DNA from: Macrostomum lignano
Lineage: Eukaryota
Length of the DNA: 64,000 nucleotides
Assembly: GCA_002269645.1 (NCBI GenBank)
Contig: NIVC01003785.1
Location: 1-64,000, forward strand
Reading direction: 5' to 3'
Below, in pieces: positions 1 to 12,432 of this stretch; positions within the stretch are counted from its first letter, which is position 1, and each line of letters begins with the position of its first letter. The position numbers were made by a program, and so were the translations under genes. The notes under the pieces were generated by a model that had not been told where the DNA came from, did not search any database, and worked only from the letters and a program-made list of their open reading frames with translations.

Positions 1-686
1 CCCACTAATGCCCGGGCCTCGCCTGTTTCTAAGAATCTCCGCGGCTTCATTCCTCCACAATTATCGAGGATTGACGTGGTTCTGGGCAGCCCCTGGCTCT
101 GATTGAAGGACTGCAAGAGCTTCTTCTGCTAACCCCCCCCCCCCCCTAAACCCACCCAAAAGCTCCCGGCGCAATCCAAGCGACCCCCCGGATCTAAGGA
201 AACTGACAACTTCCTCCGTAAGATGGGATGCAGGCCTCGGGATTTATATATATTCCAGCATCTTTCCTCATCCGCCGCCCCCCCGCGCAATTCTCCTCGA
301 CTCGAGCGAATCGTGAGGCCCAGAAATCATCAAAAAGAATCCCATAGCAGATTTGCGGTAGATTGACGCGCCCGCCACCTTGCATAGCGGGCCTTGTTTT
401 TCCTCTCAAATTATATCCGCTGGCGTCTGTTGGAATTGTTTTGCCAGCGCATAGCATCGATTAACTAACTATCTGCTAACCCTCCCGCGCCCTCCTCCTG
501 TTGATCCGATCAATTTGCGGCGAATGCCGACGATGATGAGGAAGGGATGCTGCGCTGAATCATGACTGACGGATGCTACTGATGAAGCTCTTACACGTCT
601 CCTCTCAGTCTGCTCCGTCATTTAGAAGAAGCGAAATTCGAAATATTGCGAGCGTAATAAATTCTCCTGTTCAAAATGCTTCACCA

Positions 687-1530
687 GGAGCCGCTATGCT
701 CAGGCCATCCCTGATGCCTCAGAGGGAGCCGCTATACTCAGGCCCTCCCTGATGCCTCAGAGTGAGCCGCTATACTCAGGCCCTCCCTGATGCCTCAGAG
801 GGATCACCACTATACTCAGCCCTCCCTGATGCCTCAGAGGGAGCCGCTATACTCAGGCCCTCCGTGATGCCTCAGAGGGAGCCGCTATACTCAGGCCCTC
901 CGTGATGCCTCAGAGGGAGCCGCTATACTCAGGCCCTCTCTGATGCCTCAGAGGGAGCCGCTATACTCAGGTCTCCCTGATGCCTCAGAGGGAGCCGCTA
1001 TACTCAGGCCCTCCGTGATGCCTCAGAGGGATCACCACTATACTCAGGCCCTCCATGATGCCTCAGAGGGATCACCACTATACTCAGGCCTCTCTGATGC
1101 CTCAGAGGGATCACCGCTATACTCAGGCCCTCCATGATGCCTTAGAGTGAGCCGCTATACTCAGGCCCTCCCTGATGCCTCAGAGGGATCACCACTATAC
1201 TCAGGCCCTCCATGATGCTCAGAGTGAGCCGCTATACTCAGGCCCTCCCTAATGCCTCAGAGGGATCACCACTATACTCAGGCCTCCATGATGCCTCAGA
1301 GGGATCACCACTATACTCAGGCCCTCCATGATGCCTCAGAGGGAGCCGCTATACTCAGGCCCTCCATGATGCCTCAGAGGGAGCCGCTATACTCAGGCCC
1401 TCCATGATGCCTCAGAGGGATCACCGCTATACTCAGGCCCTCCATGATGCCTCAGAGGGAGCCGCTATACTCAGGCCCTCCCTGATGCCTCAGAGGGAGC
1501 CGCTATACTCAGGCCCTCCCTGATGCCTCA
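687..1530. repeat. 38-bp minisatellite (~22 copies) in the intron following the CRD exon
   Basis: Unit GATGCCTCAGAGGGAGCCGCTATACTCAGGCCCTCCCT recurs at 713, 751, 789 and onward. Confidence 0.95.
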
Positions 1531-1565
1531 GAACTGCTCAGCCCCGAAGCCTCAGAGCTGCTCAC

Positions 1566-1813
1566 CTCGGACGCGGCCTCCTCCTGCGTGTCGTCGCCAT
1601 ACTGGTTGGGCATGGAGGTGTAGTTGTAGCCAATGTTGCGGCACATGGGCACGCTGATCAGTTGGCACTTTTTTGGCGCCGACACGGAGAGATCCGGGCC
1701 GCCGAGAGGTGCCGACCGACGCCTCCTATGCTGCCGGACCGCTCTGGCCGAGGCTGCGCGGCTCCCGGACAGCAGAAGCAGCAGACTGCTGTCGTGCGGA
1801 TCGGGGATGTTTG
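1566..1813 (-). CDS. Exon of a Frizzled/sFRP-family gene (start of the cysteine-rich domain); other exons not located
   Basis: Minus strand reads ...LLLLLSGSRAASARAVRQHRRRRSAPLGGPDLSVSAPKKCQLISVPMCRNIGYNYTSMPNQYGDDTQEEAASE, matching the Frizzled CRD pattern C-x-x-I-x-x-P-x-C-x-x-IGYNYT-x-MPN...TQ-x-EA. Donor GAG|GTGAG at 1565; candidate acceptor CCAG| at 1814. Not in the ORF track because the exon lacks a start codon. Confidence 0.85.
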
Positions 1814-1854
1814 CTGGATTAATGGATTTATGAATTTATGAATTATAGACTGTT

Positions 1855-2015
1855 AATTTGATAGGTTGATAGGTTGATAGATTGGTTGATTGATGGATTG
1901 ATAGATTTATATATTAATAGATTGATAGATTGATGGATGATAGGTTAATGATTGATATATTGGTAGATTATTAGATTAGTAAATTGATAGATAGATACAT
2001 AGAAGATAGATAGAT

Positions 2016-2084
<69 letters not shown>

Positions 2085-2110
2085 GATTGATTGATTGATT
2101 GATTGATGGG
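1855..2110. repeat. (ATAG)n/(GATT)n microsatellite
   Basis: Direct inspection. Confidence 0.95.
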
Positions 2111-3109
2111 TTAATAGATTGGTAGACTGATAAATTGATGAATTGATAGTTTACTAAGACAGGCAAATTGATACATAGATTGACAGATGGATAGAAAGAA
2201 GGATTGATGGATTCTTGGATTACTAAATGGCAGATTAACAACTTGTAGCAAAGATTGATACATCGAATGAGAGCAAATAAAACACTGCCGCTGGAATCCG
2301 CTTTATTATTATTTTGATTAATAAATATTATTACTGTTATTATTACTATGCTAGACAACAATGGACACATTAGTTACTAAGGATTACAGCCACTTCAGGC
2401 TGCAGCACCGCGGCAGCAGTGCGTGCAGCGGGCCTGAGGCTCTCAGCGGGAGAGCGCTTCCGGGAGTTTCTGGGTAGCGTGACTTGAGCTCTGTGCTCAG
2501 CCTCCTCTGCTTCCCCTTCATCATCCCAGCTAGCCAGCTATAGTCTCCCATCGCAAATGTCAGGAACTTTATTCTAGAGAAAAAAAGCCTGACAATCAAC
2601 CGACCGACGCGCAAATTCTCCACTGCACAATGGCATTTTGCTTCTAGGGGCCGCTCCGCCCATTTCTTGGGCTTCCTAGAGCCCCCCCTGACTGGCTTGA
2701 TCTCAGCCCACATTGCTGAGCTAAAGGGTTGGAGAGCTCAGCTGACTGACAGCTTCTGGAGAGCTCGCAACAAAAGCAAGGGTTCAGAGCAAGCATTGAC
2801 ACGCACTGCCATCCAGTATATCCCGGAGTTAGTTAATTGCTCTAAAAAGAAGTCAACGGGCCTGAAAGCAGAACTAATTACAAGGAAGGCTGCCTGCGCT
2901 TATCTATCTGTCTATCCTGTTTCAGCAGGAAATTTGACAAAATTCTCCTGTTTCAGCAGCAACTGTTTATGTCTGGTAGAGCGGGTGCGCGTGACACTTC
3001 TCAATTTGTTGGTCAGTGAGGTCGGGCGCGTCACCAACATATAACTTTGTGGTCTGTCGCATGCGTCGCTCTGTGGCGCATTGAGTAGTGGCTCCGGATA
3101 CGCAGTTGC

Positions 3110-3111
<2 letters not shown>

Positions 3112-3157
<46 letters not shown>

Positions 3158-3838
3158 CAGAGAGAGGCAGAGAGAGGCAGAGAGAGGCAGGGAGAGACAG
3201 AGAGATGCAGGGAGAGACAGAGAGATGCAGGGAGAGACAGAGAGATGGAGAGGCAGAGAGATGCAGGGAGAGACAGAGAGATGCAGGGAGAGACAGAGAG
3301 ATGGAGAGGCAGAGAGATGCAGGGAGAGACAGAGAGATGCAGGGGAGAGACAGAGAGATGCAGGGAGAGACAGAGAGAGATGCAGGGAGAGACAGAGAGA
3401 TGGAGAGGCAGAGAGATGCAGGGAGAGACAGAGAGATGCAGGGAGAGACAGAGAGAGGCAGAGAGAGGCAGGGAGAGACAGAGAGATGCAGGGAGAGACA
3501 GAGAGATGCAGGGAGAGACAGAGAGATTCAGGGAGAGACAGAGAGATGCAGGGAGAGACAGAGAGATTCAGGGAGAGACAGAGAGATGCAGGGAGAGACA
3601 GAGAGAGGCAGAGAGAGGCAGAGAGAGGCAGGGAGAGACAGAGAGATGCAGGGAGAGACAGAGAGGCAGAGAGAGGCAGAGAGAGGCAGGGAGAGACAGA
3701 GAGATGCAGGGAGAGACAGAGAGATGCAGGGAGAGGCAGAGAGAGAGGCAGAGAGATGCAGAGAGAGGCAGAGAGAGAGCAGAGAGAGGCAGAGAGAGGC
3801 AGAGAGAGAGGCAGAGAGATGCAGGGAGAGACAGAGAG
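3112..3838. repeat. (GA)n seed followed by a purine-rich 20-bp minisatellite
   Basis: Unit AGAGAGATGCAGGGAGAGAC with AGAGAGGCAG variants; produces the spurious RE-rich ORFs. Confidence 0.95.
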
Positions 3839-4544
3839 CTACACGCTGAGACGGTGAGACGCGGGCCCAGACAGAAGGCAGATGCAGACGGAGGGCGGGG
3901 CAGAGGCCTGGGGGAGCCGAGGCGGAGGTGAACCGAGACAGCCGAGTGGCAGGCGGGCAGGAGGTCCTGGGGGTCACCCAGACCAGGCCGGCCCCCATAA
4001 AGGCGGTGACTTTCTCGCCTTATTTATTTCTCCCATCGTCCAACTCCCCTCCTGCCCCCCCCCCGGCGGGCTTGGCCTGTCAGTCACTTGCCGGTCCAAG
4101 AGCGGCGCAGGTAAATCGAGGTGGGAAGAATGACGATGGAGAATTACTGGGGGGGGGGGATTTTGTACCGAGCTTCAAACGCCGACCGCTTGGCCTCCCA
4201 TATAAGGGAAAGATAATAAGTGGACCAGGGTCCTTAGTTTGTTGGCTTTACCTGGACCGCGGCGGCCTGCCTCCTTAAACCTCATTTTCCACGCCGCCTC
4301 AGACTCCCTGTGGCCTATCTTTGTCGCTTCATCTTGCCCCCTGGCCTCCCCTTCTGCCCCGTCTCGCAGCCAGTATGTCCAGAATACGGTTATATTGACG
4401 AATATTATGCGAGTAGAACTTGCTCTTCTTATTTGATGACAATGTCTGGTGCTTGGCTGACATATTGACCAACCAACTAGCTGACAGCCCAGGAAAACTC
4501 ACCTACATACCCCTAACCTACCGACCTGCCGACCCAATGACCTA

Positions 4545-4968
4545 CTGACGCGCTGACCCAAAAGTCCACTGACCCACTGACCCGCTGACCCGCTGACCGC
4601 TGACCCACTGACCCACTGACCCGCTGACCGCTGACCCACTGACCTACTGACCTGCTGACCCACTGACCCGCTGACCCGCTGACCCACTGACCCACTGACC
4701 CGCTGACCCGCTGACCCGCTGACCCGCTGACCCACTGATCTACTGACCTGCTGACCCGCTGACCCGCTGACCCACTGACCCACTGACCCACTGACCCACT
4801 GACCCACTGACCCACTGACCCGCTGACCCGCTGACCCACTGACCACTGACCCGCTGACCCGCTGACCCGCTGACCCGCTGACCCACTGACCTACTGACCT
4901 GCTGACCCGCTGACCTGCTGACTCGCTAAACCACTGACCCGCTGACCCGCTGACCCACTGACTCGCTG
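4545..4968. repeat. 8-bp repeat CTGACCC(A/G)
   Basis: Direct inspection. Confidence 0.95.
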
Positions 4969-5609
4969 GTCCGCGGACTCTCTGGACACATCCAGTCCCA
5001 AAAGCCTCAATCAGCCGTCAACCAAGATGTGGCAGACAGCCAGACAGCCGCTCAAATCCCAAAAAAGCCCAAAGCCAAATGAGGCCCAAAGTGCGCCCCA
5101 ACTCCAGTGATCGCTGTACACAATAGGCAGCCAGTATCTGAGTTGCTCCCCCCCACCCTGACAGCAACCAGGCCCCGCTCCAGTGCTCAAGCCTCACGCA
5201 TAAGTGACTGACACGCCAGAGCACTCAAAGAGCTGCCAGTTAACACACAACAAAAGAGCGATTGCCCACCCGCTTCCCCCCACACCGTTCGCCTCTTTCT
5301 CTCTCTCTCGCTCTTCAAGCCTCTCCAGAAAGCAAGTCGCTAGTTTATTTTTTTGTCCTGCTTGCTTGTGCGAGAGCCACTTATTTTTTTGTCCTGGCCC
5401 GGCCCCTCTTCGTGTCGCTCAAAGAATGTGCTGAGTTGAGTTGCTGGTTGAGCAGCTCACAGAGCTCAGAGCTCACAGATCAGGGCGCTCACCCGCTCAC
5501 CTTGTTGGCCCCAGACCCTCGCCTTTGGAGCTCTACGTGTTTTTTTGACACTTTAATGCTGCCATTTTCGCTGGGGAGGAGGAGACACGATAGGCAGTAG
5601 AGCGAAAAA

Positions 5610-6012
5610 CGCCTGACATCCCAAGTTGGTAGCACTGACACACCCTGACACCCGAAATTAGAACGCCTGACACCCCCTGACGCCCCAAATTAGCACGCTT
5701 GACACACCCTGACACCTCGAAATTATCACGCCTGACACCCCGACTAGGTACACCCTGACACTCCAACTTGACACGTTTTGACATCCTGACACCCTCAAAT
5801 TGTCACTCTGACACCCCAAAATTCTCACTCCTGACACCCCGAAACTCTCACCCTGACGCACTAAAAGCAGCACCCCTGACACTACAACTTGGCACAACTG
5901 ATGCCTCAATCTGGTACGCCTGACACCCCATCATAATTCTCCTGACCCCTCAAAATTGTCATCTGACACATCAAATCGGCTGCAGGTCTGACATCAAAAT
6001 TGTCAACTCTGA
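5610..6012. repeat. Degenerate repeat built on CTGACACC
   Basis: CTGACACC/CTGACAC recurs about every 20-25 nt with diverged spacers. Confidence 0.75.
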
Positions 6013-6639
6013 CACATCTTTAATTAGTTGAGAAACCACCGAGGCCATCACTGAGGTTCCGATGGCAAAGCAAGTTGGCTGCAGTAAACAAAATTCAAAG
6101 GCAAAAATGGATGACACAGAAAGGGAGGAGTGGCAAAGCAGTCAGAATTCTAAATGCCGGGCCGTTCGCAGCCTCGCAGAGCAAATTGGGACAGAAATGT
6201 CAAAAGCCGCCAGGGACCTTCTCATATTTGGGGCACTCTGTCGCCTCCCCCCCCCCGCTGTGAGCCGGAGCCCGCGGCCTTTGCAGCAGCAAAAGCAGAA
6301 GAAGATACAAAAGACAGCAGGCGAAACAAGTAAAAAAGAGAATTTCGCATTCCATGCTTCAGCAACATCTTTCTTTCCTCTCTTCTCTCTCTCTCTTGTC
6401 TCGCGTTTCCCGGGCGCGTCCCCTTGACAGGAGAGTGGGAAGTAAAGGCTCCGGACTCAAGTAACCTGCGGGACTGACTCACAAAGGGAAATGAAAGGAG
6501 AGAGGCAACCCGGGAGTGGGAGCAACAGGGGTGAAACGCCTTCTGCGGCCATCGGCAAGATGGGGAAAAATTCTTTTGGTTGAAGCATTTCCAAAACAAT
6601 GCATATTCCACCGCCATCTGAGGGCCTGCTGACAGAGTC

Positions 6640-8575
6640 AAAAAGATTCTGACCCAGTCACAAAGATTCTGACACAATGAAAAGATCCTGACACAATGAA
6701 AAAGATCCTGACACAATGAAAAAAATTCTGACACAATCAAGAAGATTTTGAAACAATCAAGATTCTGACACAGTCACAAAGATTCTGACACAATGAAAAG
6801 ATCCTGACACAATGAAAAAAATTCTGACACAATCAAGAAGATTTTGACACAATCAAGATTCTGACACAGTCACAAAGATTATGACACAATGAAAAAGATC
6901 CTGAAACAATCTAGAAGATTCTGACACAATCAAGAAGATTCTGACACAATCAAGAAGATTCTGACACAATCAAGAAGATTCTGACAATCTAGAAGATTTT
7001 GACACAATCAAGAAGATTCTTACACATTCAAGAAGATTCTGACACAGTCACAAAGATTCTGACACAATCAAGAAGATTCTGACACAATCTAAAAGATTCT
7101 GACACAATCAAGAAGATTCTGACACAATCTAAAAGATTCTGACACAATCTAAAATATTCTGACACAATCTAAAATATTCTGACACGATCAAGATTTTGAC
7201 ACAATCAAGAAGACTTTGACACAATCTAGAAGATTCTGACACAATCAAGAAGATTCTGACACAATCTAGAAGATTCTGACATAATCTAGAAGATTCTGAC
7301 ACAATCTAAAAGATTCTGACACAATCTAGAAGATTCTGACACAATCTAAAAGATTCTGACACAATCAAGAAGATTCTGACACAATCAAGAAGATTCTGAC
7401 AATCAAGAAGATTTTGACACAGTCACAAAGATTCTGACACAATCAAGAAGATTCTGACACAACCAAGAAGATTCTGACACAACCAAGAAGATTCTGACAC
7501 AATCAAGAAGATTCTGACACAATCTAGAAGATTCTGACACAATCTAGAAGATTCTGACACAATCTAGAAGATTCTGACACAATCTAGAAGATTCTGACAC
7601 AATCTAGAAGATTCTGACACAATCTAGAAGATTCTGACACAATCAAGAAGATTCTGACACAATCAAGAAGATTCTGACACAATCTAGAAGATTCTGACAC
7701 AATCTAGAAGATTCTGACACAATCAAGAAGATTCTGACACAATCTAGAAGATTTTGACACAATCTAGAAGATTCTGACACAACCAAGAAGATTCTGACAC
7801 AATCAAGAAGATTCTGACACAATCTAGAAGATTCTGACACAAGATTCTGACACAATCTAGAAGATTTTAACACAAGATTCTGACACAATCTAGAAGATTT
7901 TGACACAAGATTCTGACACAATCAAGAAGATTCTAACACAATCAAGAAGATTTTGACACAACCAAGAAGATTCTGACACAATCTAGAAGATTCTGACACA
8001 ATCAAGAAGATTCTGACACAATCTAGAAGATTTTGACACAAGATTCTGACACAATCTAGAAGATTCTGACACAATCTAGAAGATTCTGACACAATCAAGA
8101 AGATTCTGACACAATCAAGAAGATTCTGACACAATCTAGAAGATTCTGACACAATCTAGAAGATTCTGACACAATCAAGAAGATTCTGACACAATCTAGA
8201 AGATTTTGACACAATCTAGAAGATTCTGACACAACCAAGAAGATTCTGACACAATCAAGAAGATTCTGACACAATCTAGAAGATTCTGACACAAGATTCT
8301 GACACAATCTAGAAGATTTTAACACAAGATTCTGACACAATCAAGAAGATTCTAACACAATCAAGAAGATTTTGACACAACCAAGAAGATTCTGACACAA
8401 TCTAGAAGATTCTGACACAATCAAGAAGATTCTGACACAATCTAGAAGATTTTGACACAAGATTCTGACACAATCTAGAAGATTCTGACACAATCTAGAA
8501 GATTCTGACACAATCAAGAAGATTCTGACACAATCTAGAAGATTCTGACACAATCAAGAAGATTCTGACACAATC
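6640..8575. repeat. ~20-bp satellite AAGATTCTGACACAATC(T/A)AG, ~1.9 kb
   Basis: About 95 copies; a ~419-bp block of variants is duplicated (same pattern ending at 7921 and 8340). Confidence 0.97.
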
Positions 8576-9352
8576 TGAAAACTAACAGAACTCCCAAGGC
8601 TGACACAAAAAAGACACTCACCCAACTGCAGCGATATTCCGCATCCACATTTTTTAACCAATTGATGGTCGCCAGTCACTTTTTCAGCTTGTTGTCAGGA
8701 CTCGAACTCGCGGATCTCTAGCTTATATTATCCAGCATCAATAAAGTTCTCACATGGAGCGCCAGCAACAATGACCGCTAAACTGTGTGAAACAATGGCT
8801 CCAATTGAACTTCTCTATATTTGTCCGTTGTTAAATGCGTGGGCAACCCCACCTCCGCATTGGTGATTGACTGACAGAGCTGGGGAGCTACTGGTGGGGG
8901 AGGGGAGTCAGGATAGGGCGATTGTGCCACGCTCTCTGCTTTTTTGCCAAAAAGCAATCGGATTGCTCCGCCTATCTCTTAGTGCGTCTCTCCAGCTATT
9001 AAACACGATGAGGTGGGGTTGGGCGAGAGAAACCTGCACACTCTTCATTACTTTTTAGTAGCAGAAATGAAGGGTTCCGAGGTAGGGCAGAGCGATGGAC
9101 AGACACAGCAGCAGGAGCAGAGGGGGGAATCCCCGTGGCGGCTGCCAACCAATCCGGCACGCGCTGACAGCTGATTGGTCCAGCGCCTTTGCTGACACGG
9201 CCGTGCCAGGGCTGCAATTAATTATTAATTCGCCCCCCTCCCCCTGTACTGCCTCTCCTCCCTCTCTCCGCCTCATCAACGCGGTCTAGCATGATTGACA
9301 GCTCTGGAGATGCGGGGTTGGCTGCGGCTTTGTCAGGTCTCTAAGCCACACT

Positions 9353-9385
<33 letters not shown>

Positions 9386-10097
9386 TAATGATGCACAATG
9401 GGCTGTCCTCTTCTGCTCTCTCTGTATCTTACTCGTTCCAGCTCAAGTGCCCGGCTCTCCCATGGTGCAGAAGACAGAGGAGCGGCATTGAAGAGAGACA
9501 GAGAGTGAGAGAATGGAGATGACAAGGCCGGCCTCCTGGCGTGAAGAAGCCCAGCCGCCGTCCCCACCGGGGACCGGGGACCGGGGACCCCCCGTGGTCA
9601 AGCGCCCCCAAAGGCATTAGCGCTGTTGCCAAGGGTCTATTAATAAGAGACCCCCCGTCTGCGGCCGGTGAAATGCAATTCCAGCGGCCGCCGCAGGCCG
9701 AGAGTTCGATTTTCGTGAAGTGGCCCCGCCTTCCCTCAGCCACGGAGCTCTCGCAAGGCTACTCAACAGCCATTAGCCTGTCGTACTCGACGAGAGGTCT
9801 CAGTTGAAGCGCGAGCTGCACGATTTGCAGGTGAAGAGGATAGTTATAAACATGCATCATTCGTTATGCCAGACGTAAAGAAACAATTAACGAAGGTAAA
9901 AGACCGGGGCGGGTTACGAAACCGGATTGCCAAGTGGAGCATGAGAGCCCGCGTGTGCTCGTGTGCGCCTAGCTTAGCTTAATTAAGGCTCAGGCATTTC
10001 GCTTATTTTATCTAATGGTTAAAACCAGCTTACTAATGACAGAGGTTTCATTTGTTGCTAATATATTAACTTTAAGAAAAATGATGTGCCTTGGCAT

Positions 10098-10945
10098 CCG
10101 GTTGAAGCCACACAATCCGCCTCTACTTCCGGTTGAAGCCGCACAATCTGCCCCCTACTTCCGGTTGAAGCCGCACAATCCGCCCCCTACTTCCGACTGA
10201 AGCCACATGATCCGCCCCCTACTTCCAACTGAAGCCACATGATCCGCCTTCCACTTCCGGTGCTGAAGCCACAATCCGCCCGCCACTTCCAGGGCTGAAG
10301 CCACAATCCGCCTTCCACTTCCGGGGCTGAAGCCACACAATCAGCCTTCCACTTCTGGGGCTGAAGCCACACAATCCACCCTCCAATTCCGGTGCTGAAG
10401 CCACACAATCCACCCTCCAATTCCGGTGCTGAAGCCACACAATCCACCCTCCACTTCCGGTGCTGAAGCCACACAATCCGCCCCCTACTTCCGACTGAAG
10501 CCACATGATCCGCCCCCTACTTCCGACTGAAGCCACATGATCCGCCTTCCACTTCCGGTGCTGAAGCCACAATCCGCCCGCCACTTCCAGGGCTGAAGCC
10601 ACAATCCGCCTTCCACTTCCGGGGCTGAAGCCACACAATCAGCCTTCCACTTCTGGGGCTGAAGCCACACAATCCACCCTCCAATTCCGGTGCTGAAGCC
10701 ACACAATCCACCCTCCAATTCCGGTGCTGAAGCCACACAATCCACCCTCCACTTCCGGTGCTGAAGCCACACAATCCGCCCCCTACTTCCGACTGAAGCC
10801 ACATGATCCGCCCCCTACTTCCGACTGAAGCCACATGATCCGCCTTCCACTTCCGGTGCTGAAGCCACAATCCGGCCGCCACTTCCAGGGCTGAAGCCAC
10901 ACAATCCGCCTTCCACTTCCAGGGCTGAAGCCACACAATCCGCCC
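10098..10945. repeat. ~30-bp minisatellite (TGAAGCCACACAATCC...CACTTCC) with a 298-bp higher-order repeat
   Basis: The same order of variants recurs at a 298-bp offset (ORF-track translations 10187-10504 vs 10485-10802). Confidence 0.95.
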
Positions 10946-11609
10946 TTCACTTCCAAAGCATTCTACCTCGTTTTTGAATAAAGTTGCATCTTCCGCTCCC
11001 CTACCTCCGTTAATTAGCTTTAATAATACCTGGACATGAATGAGAGCAAAGGTTCACCGCCATCGTCATAGTTATAAGCATCAGCTGCCATCTAAGGTGC
11101 TGAAGCCTCCTTTTCTTTCAATCGCTCTCTTCTTCAGACCGATAAGTTCAGAGGAGCGAAGAGAAGGGAGGCCGAAAAGAGAGGTTTAAGGCCCCCAGGC
11201 ATGCAGATATCCCTGACTGACACATGCCACAGACTGATAGGGAGCGAGCGCCATACCAATCCTCTTCTAGCTCTGCTGACTCTGCATTCAATTGAAGCAT
11301 TCGAAATTCTAGTTCAGCTTCTTAGCCAAGTGCAGCAGCCGGGTGAGCTTCCCGTCTGAAACTGTGGAATCCGCTTTGAACAGCGGCTTAAAAAGAAGCT
11401 TAGGCTGATAAAAGTAAGGCACAGAGCTAGTAGTTAGAGGTATACAGAATATACTGAAGCACTTTAGAGTTTTGCCATTCATACGAAGCATTTCTTATTC
11501 ATTTATTGTATGGCTGGACATAAAAGCTTCCAGCTCTGTTGTGGCAGACCCAACAAGCTTCCAGTCCTGTTGTGGCAGACCCAACAAGCTTCCGATCCAC
11601 GTCAGGGCT

Positions 11610-12265
11610 GAACAACAAGCTTCCGGTTGAACAAGCTTCCGGTTGAGCAACAAGCTTCCGGTTGAACAACAAGCTTCCGATTGAACAACAAGCTTCCGGT
11701 TGAGCAACAAGCTTCCGGTTGAACAACAAGCTTCTGGTTGAACAACAAGCTTCCGGTTGAACAACAAGCTTCCGGTTGAACAACAAGCTTCCGATTGAAC
11801 AACAAGCTTCCGGTTGAACAACAAGCTTCCGGTTGAACAACAAGCTTCCGATTGAACAACAAGCTTCCGGTTGAACAACAAGCTTCCGGTTGAACAACAA
11901 GCTTCCGGTTGAACAACAAGCTTCCGGTTGAACAACAAGCTTCCGGTTGAACAACAAGCTTCCGATTGAACAACAAGCTTCCGGTTGAACAACAAGCTTC
12001 CGGTTGAACAACAAGCTTCCGGTTGAACAACAAGCTTCCGATTGAACAACAAGCTTCCGGTTGAACAACAAGCTTCCGGTTGAACAACAAGCTTCCGGTT
12101 GAACAACAAGCTTCCGATTGAACAACAAGCTTCAGGTTGAGCAATAAGCTTTCGATTGAACAACAAGCTTCCGGTTGAACAACAAGCTTCCGGTTGAACA
12201 ACAAGCTTCCGATTGAACAACAAGCTTCAGGTTGAGCAATAAGCTTTCTATTGAACAACAAGCTT
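11610..12265. repeat. 19-bp minisatellite AACAACAAGCTTCCGGTTG
   Basis: About 34 copies, each with an AAGCTT site and CAAC...GTTG self-complementarity. Confidence 0.97.
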
Positions 12266-12432
12266 TCAATCTACTTGAATTGAGAACAAAGGTTCAAATA
12301 ACAGAGTAAAATGCAAATATGTTATTTTTTTATCAAGTAAAAAATGCTTGACTCGGAAGGCACAAGGCACAACACAACAATGTACATTTAGCGCCAACCA
12401 ATCAGAGACGCGCGATTCTCTCTACCTTATTG

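Noticed and set aside
3081-3998. Long RE/RD-rich ORFs in several frames
   Set aside because: Translation of a GA-rich minisatellite that happens to lack stops; no coding context.
11495-12261. 200-240 aa ORFs
   Set aside because: Three-frame read-through of the 19-bp repeat.
6640-12265. Regular short direct repeats as a possible CRISPR array
   Set aside because: Units are contiguous with no unique spacers, no cas genes, and the context is eukaryotic.
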